In this document: in pieces, positions 57,920 through 64,000 of the stretch | Position numbering within the stretch: the first letter of the stretch is position 1 | Layout: every line of letters begins with the position of its first letter | From: Coriobacteriaceae bacterium | GTDB lineage: Bacteria; Bacillota; Clostridia; Oscillospirales; CAG-272 | Reading direction: 5' to 3' | Assembly: GCA_963617165.1 (NCBI GenBank) | Contig: CAVEOF010000003.1 | Coordinates: 11,070-75,069 of the forward strand | Length of the DNA: 64,000 bases | The notes under the pieces: generated by a model | Seen by the model: only the letters and a program-made list of their open reading frames with translations | What the model was told of the DNA's origin: nothing | Databases searched by the model: none | Position numbers and translations under genes: made by a program

Positions 57920-58335
57920 GGGACATTGAGACCGCAAAGGCGGCGCTCGGCGAGCATTCGATCGCCATCGTCTGTCGTGGGGAATGCTTCACCGACGACG
58001 GGCGCGGGATCTCCCCGATGTTAGACCTGATCGGTCGCAAAGCGGACCTTCGCGATGCCGCGGTCGCCGACCGAATCGTCGGGCGTGCCGCCGCCCTGCT
58101 CTTCCTGTATGCGGGTGTGCGCGAGGTATGGGCAACGGTGATCTCCCGCCCTGCGCTTGCGACGCTCCTTTCCGCGGGCGTCTCTTGCCGCTATGACTCG
58201 CTGACGGAGAATATCATCAACCGCAAGGGTGACGGCATCTGCCCGATGGAAAGCACCGTCCGCGGGATCTGTGACCCGGAAGAAGCATATTGCCTGCTCC
58301 TTCGGAAGCGGGATGAGATGAGACACGCAAAATAA
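57916..58335 (+). CDS. DUF1893-like protein
   Basis: GTG start overlapping the upstream stop. ...DRIVGRAAALLFLYAGV...ENIINRKGDGICPME. Confidence 0.45.
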   Translation: MRDIETAKAALGEHSIAIVCRGECFTDDGRGISPMLDLIGRKADLRDAAVADRIVGRAAALLFLYAGVREVWATVISRPALATLLSAGVSCRYDSLTENIINRKGDGICPMESTVRGICDPEEAYCLLLRKRDEMRHAK

Positions 58336-58399
58336 GCGTCCGTAAGACCTCGGAGCGCGGCTATCGACGATGCCTTACCGCGCCCCGCACCTATAAAAA

Positions 58400-58435
58400 C
58401 CGCCCCCGCACAATTTTCGTGCAGGGGCGGTTTTT
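58400..58435. terminator. Bidirectional terminator between convergent genes
   Basis: CCGCCCCCGCAC...GTGCAGGGGCGG, flanked by AAAA and TTTTT. Confidence 0.7.
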
Positions 58436-58471
58436 AGTTCTTTGCCAATAGGATGGAGAAAATATAGCAAA

Positions 58472-59065
58472 TCAAGTATGGGAATGCTTTCCTTCAAGGA
58501 AATAGGTCGCCTCGCTGTCCGCGGTGGAGAGTGCGAAGGCGAGGGGGAACATCTCGAAGGCGGCGGCGACGTTGCGCGCGTCCTCGGTCGAGGAATAGCC
58601 CATGTGATAGCGGATGGCGAATGCCTCTTCCCTCGAGAGCTTCATGAAGGGGGTGATCATATAGACGCTCTTTTCTCCGTGACCGTAGGGCATCGGGTCG
58701 TCAAACTCGAAGGTATCGACTCTCTGCCAGACGCCTTTCTCGTCCTTCACGTTGCGGAATCCCTTCTTATACACGCCGATCTTACAAAGGTCGTGGAGCA
58801 AAGAAACCACCGCGATACTCTCATCGGAATAGCTCATATGTAAATCATTCTTTGCATGATCGCTATTTAAGTAGCCGACAAGGCAATCGTAGACGTTCAG
58901 AGAATGCTGAACGAGTCCGCCCTCTACCGAGGAATGAAAGCGTGCACTCGCGGGTGCGGTGAAAAAATCCGAGGCGGGAGAAAGAAGGTATTCGAGCAGC
59001 TTATCCGCGCCCTCTCTCTGAATATTTTTGTTATAAACTTCGATGAAGCGTTCTTTCGCGGTCAT
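58472..59065 (-). CDS. HD-domain phosphohydrolase
   Basis: SARFHSS...GGLVQHSL...SLLHDLCK. Confidence 0.7.
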   Translation of the reverse strand: MTAKERFIEVYNKNIQREGADKLLEYLLSPASDFFTAPASARFHSSVEGGLVQHSLNVYDCLVGYLNSDHAKNDLHMSYSDESIAVVSLLHDLCKIGVYKKGFRNVKDEKGVWQRVDTFEFDDPMPYGHGEKSVYMITPFMKLSREEAFAIRYHMGYSSTEDARNVAAAFEMFPLAFALSTADSEATYFLEGKHSHT

Positions 59066-59076
59066 GAGTCGCTCCT

Positions 59077-60864
59077 TTACGTAAGATCAAAGGTAAGAGA
59101 AAATTCTTTCTCTCCGTTTTTGAGTTCAAAATCCAGAAGATAGGTGACGCGCTGTCTTCCCGTCGACCAGACCTCCGTCTCGGTGTGTACCTTCGGGGTC
59201 AAGTGTGCGGCGTCATAGGCGATCGTCAGCGTCTCACCGCCCGAGGTCACCGTTACGGTCCCCTCGCCCGTGAGCTTCGGCTCTGTCGTGGCGATAAAGC
59301 GTTCGGTCACCGAGGAGGGCGTCTCGGAGAAGCGGTAGGTGTCGGTCAGGCGGAGTGCACCGCTCTTTCTGTCAAAATGAAGGTCGCGCACAAGGGAGAG
59401 AAGGGTCGCGTCGCCGTATGCGGCGGCAATGTCGGCGCTCATCCCGTCCTCGCGAAGTGCGACATCGTGCGCGGCGTGCGTCTTCCCGTCGAGCTGATAG
59501 GTCCCGTTCACGATCGGAACGCTGTGACTGCGGGAGGAGCAACAGAAGAATTCGTAGCGTTTCGGAGAGAAATAATCCTTATTATATTCTCCGCTCCCGA
59601 TGTCGTGAAGCAGGATCTTTCCGTGACGATAAATCTCGAAACCGCCGATGTCGTTGTGGTTGTGCGATTCCGCATTGCTCCCAGCCTTTGCGGCAACGGA
59701 GGTTCCGTTCTCCGCCGTGGAGATATACCACTGCGCGTCGGGGAAAAGGTAGGTGCCCGCGGTAACGTCTTCCTTCTCGGGAAGCGTCTCGTCGGTCGTC
59801 CAAAGAAGCTTGCGCAGCATCAGAGCGAAGCGGAAGCATCCGCGGCGCTCGCAGGTCTTCACAAGATAGGCGCGACAGGGCTTCGGTACATCGGGATAGA
59901 GCTTTCCGAAGAAGGAGAGCAACCAGAGCGACTGGCGTGCACCGGCTCCGCCCGCGTCCGAGAAGGAGACGCCGAGCTCGCCCTCGAAAATGCACTTCTG
60001 ACGGAAGGTCGCGATCCTGTGGACCTTCTCGTCCTCGAAGAGGTTGATCTTCCCTTCCGTGCGGCGGCGCAGAGTCTCGGCAAACGAACAGAAGTAGCCG
60101 AAGCCGTAATCCCAATAGCCGATGCCCTCAAGGCACGCGCCGTCCTCGGGGAAGCCCGAGAGGAAATAGGTCATCGAATCGAGCGTTGCGGCGAGGAATT
60201 TGGCAAGAGCGGCGTTGTCCCGCATCTCGTAGATCGCCGCAATGCCGCAACTACCCGCGCAGACTGCCGCCCAGTTGTTCGTTCCCTTTCTCCACCAATA
60301 ATTCTCATAGTAGCGGTCAAAAATACGCACCTTGATCTCCCGTCTGACGCGGGCAACGACGATCGGAGAAAGGAGATCGCCGACGAGGGACAGGATCTCT
60401 GCCATCGTCTCACCGGTCTCCGCGGCGAAGAGGTCGACGACCTGTGCATCGGTCTGCACCTTCGTAAGCCCCGTGCCGTACAGATGCGCGGGGAGCGCCC
60501 ACGTGTACTCGTCGCACACCGCCCAAAGGATATCCTCGAGCGCGGCAATGTCCTCGGGCTTCCGATACAGCCATGCGAGGAAGCCGAAGGTCTGAAGCTT
60601 TCCGCGGCGGGGGAAATATCCGTTTTCACTGCTTTCGTACATGGCGCGGTTGCCATCCGTCTCAAAGCGCTTGAAAAGCGAGAAGGGGATCACCGTCGTC
60701 GGCTTGTTTCGGAGCTCATCCGAAAAAGCGACCGCGTCCGCGAGCATATCGGAAAGGTTCGGGTTGTGAAGGATGCGCTCTCTGTCCGCGTCGGTGTAGC
60801 GGGCGCTATCCGGGTTTGTCTGTTCGAGCAATTCGAAGAGCTCGGCTTCCGTATACTGTTTCAT
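59077..60864 (-). CDS. Heparinase II/III-like protein, copy A (595 aa, no signal peptide)
   Basis: NNWAAVCAGSCGIAA; ESHNHNDIGGFEIY. Paralog of 61056..62840. Confidence 0.6.
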   Translation of the reverse strand: MKQYTEAELFELLEQTNPDSARYTDADRERILHNPNLSDMLADAVAFSDELRNKPTTVIPFSLFKRFETDGNRAMYESSENGYFPRRGKLQTFGFLAWLYRKPEDIAALEDILWAVCDEYTWALPAHLYGTGLTKVQTDAQVVDLFAAETGETMAEILSLVGDLLSPIVVARVRREIKVRIFDRYYENYWWRKGTNNWAAVCAGSCGIAAIYEMRDNAALAKFLAATLDSMTYFLSGFPEDGACLEGIGYWDYGFGYFCSFAETLRRRTEGKINLFEDEKVHRIATFRQKCIFEGELGVSFSDAGGAGARQSLWLLSFFGKLYPDVPKPCRAYLVKTCERRGCFRFALMLRKLLWTTDETLPEKEDVTAGTYLFPDAQWYISTAENGTSVAAKAGSNAESHNHNDIGGFEIYRHGKILLHDIGSGEYNKDYFSPKRYEFFCCSSRSHSVPIVNGTYQLDGKTHAAHDVALREDGMSADIAAAYGDATLLSLVRDLHFDRKSGALRLTDTYRFSETPSSVTERFIATTEPKLTGEGTVTVTSGGETLTIAYDAAHLTPKVHTETEVWSTGRQRVTYLLDFELKNGEKEFSLTFDLT

Positions 60865-60948
60865 CGTGTGAGAAACTCCTTTATGTTATGTTTTTTCAGA
60901 TAAGAGATGCTTCGTTCGAGACCTTCTAAGGTTTTGACCTCGAGGAAA
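60865..60948 (-). pseudogene. Duplicated 3' fragment of the isomerase gene (compare 62841..62925)
   Basis: Near-identical DNA to the region upstream of copy B, including ...GAGACCTTCTAAGGTTTTGACCTCGAG. Confidence 0.7.
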
Positions 60949-60999
60949 CGGATTTCATCGGCGGACAGACGGGCAAGGTGTGTCCGCCGATGAAATCCG
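60949..60999. repeat. 19-bp perfect-stem hairpin at the duplication junction
   Basis: CGGATTTCATCGGCGGACA - 13 nt - TGTCCGCCGATGAAATCCG. Confidence 0.85.
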
Positions 61000-61002
61000 G
61001 CA

Positions 61003-61055
61003 CCCCCGCTCCGAATATTTTTGTCATAAATATCGACAGAGCGCTTTTTGCGGTT
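61003..61055 (-). pseudogene. Diverged duplicate of the 5' end of the HD gene (compare 59010..59065)
   Basis: GAATATTTTTGT(C/T)ATAAA...GCG(C/T)T(T/C)TTT(G/C)GCGGT similarity to the HD gene start region. Confidence 0.5.
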
Positions 61056-62840
61056 TTATGTTAAATCAAAGGTAAGAGAAAATTCTTTTTCTCCGCTTTT
61101 CAGCTCGAAGTCCAGAAGATAGGTGACGCGCTGCCATCCCGTCGACCAGACCTCCGTCTCGGTATGCACATTCGGGGTCAGGCGTGCGGCGTCATAGGCG
61201 ATCGTCAGCGCCTCACCGCCCGAGATCACCGTTACGATCCCCTCGCCCGTGAGCTTTGGCTCCGTCGTGGCGATAAAGCGTTCGGTCACCGAGGATGGCA
61301 TCTCGGAGAAGCGGTAGGTATCGGTCAATCGGAGTGCGCCGCTCTTTCTGTCGAAGTGAAGGTCTCGCACAAGGGAGAGAAGGGTCGCGTCGCCGTATGC
61401 GGCGGCAATGTCGGCGCTCATCCCGTCCTCGCGGAGCGTGACATCGTGCGCGGCGTGCGTCTTCCCGTCGAGCTGATAGGTCCCGTTTACGATCGGGACG
61501 CTGTGACTGCGGGAGGAGCAGCAGAAGAAGTCATAGCGCTTTGAGGAGAAATAATCCTTGGTATATTCTCCTTTCCCGATGTCATAGAGTAAAATTTCTC
61601 CGTGACGATAGATCTCGAAAACGCCAATATCGTTGTGGTTATGCGGCTCCGCGTTATTGCCTGCCTTTGCGATGAGAGAGGTACCGTTTTCCGATGTGGA
61701 AATATACCACTGCGCATCGGGGAGAAGATAAGTACCCGCAACATTGCCCTCTTCTTCGGGAAGTGTCTCATCGGTCGTCCAAACCAGACTTCGCAACATT
61801 AAGGCAAAGCGAAAGCAACCGTGCCGCTGAAAGGTTTTTAAGCGATAAGCACGAGACGGCTTCGGAAAATCGGGGTACATTTTTCCATAGAAGGAAATGT
61901 GAGCGAGAGAACGGGACGCGCTACCATCCGCATCCGAGAAAGAGACCCCGAGTCCTCCCTCAAACACGCATTTTTGACTGAAGGCCGCAATCCTGCCAAT
62001 CTTTTCGTCCTCAAACAGGTTGATCCTCCCTTCCGTACGACGACGCAAGGTCTCGGCAAACGCGGAAAAGTAACCGAATCCGTATTCCCAATAACCGATG
62101 CCTTCAAGACATGTGCCGTCCTCCGGAAAACCGGAAAGAAAGCATGTCATTGACTTCAATACCGAATCTAACAATTTCGCAAGAGCGGCATTGTCCCGCA
62201 TCTCATAGATCGCCGCAATGCCACAGCTTCCCGCGCAGACCGCCGTCCAGTTGTTCGTTCCCTTCTTCCACCAATAATTCTCATAGTAGCGGTCAAAAAT
62301 ACGCACCTTGACTTCCCGTCTGACACGGGCCACGACGATCGGGGAAAGAAGATTTCCGACGAGAGAAAGAATTTCTGTCAGCGCTTCTCCCGTTTCCGCG
62401 GCAAAAAGGTCAATGACCTGTGCATCGGTCTGCACCTTGGAGAGACCCGTCCCCCCGAGATGTGCGGGGAGCGCCCACGTGTACTCGTCGCACACCGCCC
62501 AGAGAATATCCTCGAGCGCGGCAATGTCCTCGGGCTTCCGATACAGCCATGCGAGAATGCCAAATGTTTGAAGCTTTCCGCGGCGGGGAAAGTACCCGTT
62601 TTCGCTTTTTTCATACATGACGCGGTTGCCGTCCGTCTCAAAGCGCTTGAAAAGCGAGAAGGGGATCACCGTCGTCGGCTTGTTTCGGAGCTCATCCGAA
62701 AAAGCGACCGCGTCCGCGAGCATATCGGAAAGGTTCGGGTTGTGAAGGATGCGCTCTCTGTCCGCGTCGGTGTAGCGGGCGCTATCCGGGTTTGTCTGTT
62801 CGAGCAATTCGAAGAGCTCGGCTTCCGTATACTGTTTCAT
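61056..62840 (-). CDS. Heparinase II/III-like protein, copy B (594 aa)
   Basis: Collinear with copy A. N-terminal 73 aa are identical and the central part is diverged. Confidence 0.6.
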   Translation of the reverse strand: MKQYTEAELFELLEQTNPDSARYTDADRERILHNPNLSDMLADAVAFSDELRNKPTTVIPFSLFKRFETDGNRVMYEKSENGYFPRRGKLQTFGILAWLYRKPEDIAALEDILWAVCDEYTWALPAHLGGTGLSKVQTDAQVIDLFAAETGEALTEILSLVGNLLSPIVVARVRREVKVRIFDRYYENYWWKKGTNNWTAVCAGSCGIAAIYEMRDNAALAKLLDSVLKSMTCFLSGFPEDGTCLEGIGYWEYGFGYFSAFAETLRRRTEGRINLFEDEKIGRIAAFSQKCVFEGGLGVSFSDADGSASRSLAHISFYGKMYPDFPKPSRAYRLKTFQRHGCFRFALMLRSLVWTTDETLPEEEGNVAGTYLLPDAQWYISTSENGTSLIAKAGNNAEPHNHNDIGVFEIYRHGEILLYDIGKGEYTKDYFSSKRYDFFCCSSRSHSVPIVNGTYQLDGKTHAAHDVTLREDGMSADIAAAYGDATLLSLVRDLHFDRKSGALRLTDTYRFSEMPSSVTERFIATTEPKLTGEGIVTVISGGEALTIAYDAARLTPNVHTETEVWSTGWQRVTYLLDFELKSGEKEFSLTFDLT

Positions 62841-63685
62841 CGTGTGAGAAATTCCTTTATGTTATGTTTTTTCAGATAAGAAATACTTTGTTCGAGACCT
62901 TCTAAGGTTTTGACCTCGAGAAGGCAGGTCGCGTCGGCGGGCAGGCGGGAAAGATATGCGCGAATGTCCGCGATCCCCTCTCCGAGAGGAAGATGCGCAT
63001 GGCGTCCGTCGCTGTCGTGCAGGTGCATATGGCGAAGCCTTTCCGCGTAGATGTCGAAGACGGGCAGATCTGCGTTCGCAAGTGAGAGCATGTGTCCCGT
63101 GTCGAGGGTCAGCGCAAAGACGGGGCTCTTCATGAACACCTCCGAGAGCGCCTGCGTCTGACTTTCGGTAAAGGGAGAGGAATCTACGTTTTCGATGGCG
63201 ACGCGAAGGGGTGCGTCCCCGATCGTCTCCTCACACATCCGCGCAAAGTCGCGCACACGGGCGAGGTATTCCTCCCGATAGATGTCGTTTAACAGAACCA
63301 CGCGGTCGGGCAGGGTCACGTAAATTCCCTTTTGCAGGTGCAGATTGACGATCGGCGCACCGATCGCAAGCGCAAAGCGCAGAGTGTCCCGCATGACGTC
63401 GAAATAACAAGCCGACACCCGCGGATCGAAATTGAAGGGATCGAGCCCCTCGTCGGCGTGGATCGTATAGAACACGCGATGCGCCCGCGAGAGCGAAAGG
63501 CAATGCCCGACATCGAGCGTGTCGGACCTGTATTGCGGAAAGCTCATGTTGATCTCGACAAAATCGAGACCGAAGCGCTCCGCCGCCAAAACACAGTCGT
63601 CAAGGTCGTGACATTCGATCAGATTCGGCATTCCGAATTTCAAAAGATCACACTCCTCCCTTCCTATATCTACTGTCTTTTCCAT
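62837..63685 (-). CDS. Sugar-phosphate isomerase/epimerase (xylose-isomerase-like TIM barrel)
   Basis: Start MEKTVDIG. ...VAIENVDSSP...LTLDTGHM...HMHLHDSDG. Confidence 0.6.
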   Translation of the reverse strand: MEKTVDIGREECDLLKFGMPNLIECHDLDDCVLAAERFGLDFVEINMSFPQYRSDTLDVGHCLSLSRAHRVFYTIHADEGLDPFNFDPRVSACYFDVMRDTLRFALAIGAPIVNLHLQKGIYVTLPDRVVLLNDIYREEYLARVRDFARMCEETIGDAPLRVAIENVDSSPFTESQTQALSEVFMKSPVFALTLDTGHMLSLANADLPVFDIYAERLRHMHLHDSDGRHAHLPLGEGIADIRAYLSRLPADATCLLEVKTLEGLEQSISYLKKHNIKEFLTR

Positions 63686-63765
63686 TCTACCACACCCTGC
63701 TTTTTTTGTCAATTCCGCACCGAAAAATATTTTCGCGAAAAAGAAAAAAACTTTTGCAAAACCTC

Positions 63766-63794
63766 TTGACAAACGATTTCGTTTTGTGTATAAT
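63766..63794 (+). promoter_or_regulatory. Consensus sigma-A-type promoter of the tRNA gene
   Basis: TTGACA, 17-nt spacer, TATAAT with an upstream TGTG. Confidence 0.7.
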
Positions 63795-63805
63795 AGTAAG
63801 CGTCC

Positions 63806-63889
63806 GCGGGAGTGGCGGAACTGGCAGACGCGCACGTTTGAGGGGCGTGTGATTCCATCGTACGGGTTCAAGTCCCGTCTCCCGCACCA
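63806..63889 (+). tRNA. tRNA-Leu (anticodon GAG), CCA encoded
   Basis: Hand-folded: acceptor GCGGGAG/CTCCCGC, D arm GCG...CGC, anticodon stem CACGT/GCGTG with loop TTGAGGG, long variable arm, T arm ACGGG-TTCAAGT-CCCGT. Confidence 0.85.
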
Positions 63890-63898
63890 AACAAGAAT

Positions 63899-63940
63899 AA
63901 AACGAACCCGAGAGAAAATCTTGAGTTCGTTTTGTTTTTT
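63899..63940 (+). terminator. Weak terminator after the tRNA
   Basis: AAAACGAAC...GTTCGTTTT followed by GTTTTTT. Confidence 0.45.
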
Positions 63941-64000
63941 GCAAGAGATTATTTAGGACTAAAAATCAAACTATAAATACATCACAACCTTTAACCGAGT

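Noticed and set aside
63941-64000. AT-rich sequence right after tRNA-Leu as the start of another integrated element
   Set aside because: Only about 60 nt are visible. This is too little sequence to support any call.

Overview
High-GC (roughly 55-60% by eye) chromosome segment of Firmicutes/Clostridia type. That assignment rests on a T-box serS leader, a Prp-type capsid protease, an [FeFe]-hydrogenase operon and AGGAGG-type ribosome-binding sites.

Positions 1 to about 35,061 are the right-hand ~35 kb of a prophage whose left end lies beyond the window. On the minus strand, in transcription order, it carries:
- a Cro-like regulator and small early genes;
- a recombination/replication module: Rad52/Sak-like annealase, YqaJ exonuclease, NinB-like protein, HNH-like protein, SSB, replisome organizer, DUF1064 nuclease;
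- a Lar-like anti-restriction gene and an ASCH protein;
- small and large terminase, portal, Prp protease, scaffold, major capsid protein and virion proteins, with no recognisable tail tube or sheath;
- a 2,909-aa multi-enzyme 'polyvalent' virion protein and a collagen-repeat tail fibre.

On the plus strand are a CI/LexA-like repressor, an HTH gene and a zinc-ribbon gene. A convergent RelE-type toxin cassette follows. Then come two degenerate DUF1064 paralogs translationally coupled to a large serine recombinase. The prophage splits a P-type Ca-ATPase-like gene exactly at its PEGL motif.

The host part (35-64 kb) contains:
- a secreted beta-helix-like protein and a glutaminase-like protein;
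- a guanylate-kinase-like gene;
- serS with a T-box leader;
- ssrA (tmRNA);
- an electron-bifurcating-type [FeFe]-hydrogenase operon with a HydS-like sensory/regulatory cassette;
- an AKR-ferredoxin fusion, an ECF S-component-like membrane protein, a DUF1893 protein and an HD hydrolase;
- a tandemly duplicated heparinase II/III-like gene and a sugar-phosphate isomerase-like gene;
- tRNA-Leu(GAG).

The most notable oddities are:
- the polyvalent virion protein and its repeated linker;
- 26-bp perfect inverted repeats bracketing one late gene;
- the DUF1064-pair/integrase operon at a gene-splitting attachment site;
- several intergenic tandem-repeat arrays, including a 7 x 45-nt double-hairpin array;
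- a 42-nt in-frame repeat expansion inside a GHKL ATPase;
- a non-canonical TSCSPGW motif in HydA;
- a 50-nt copy of a serS-internal segment inside its own leader.
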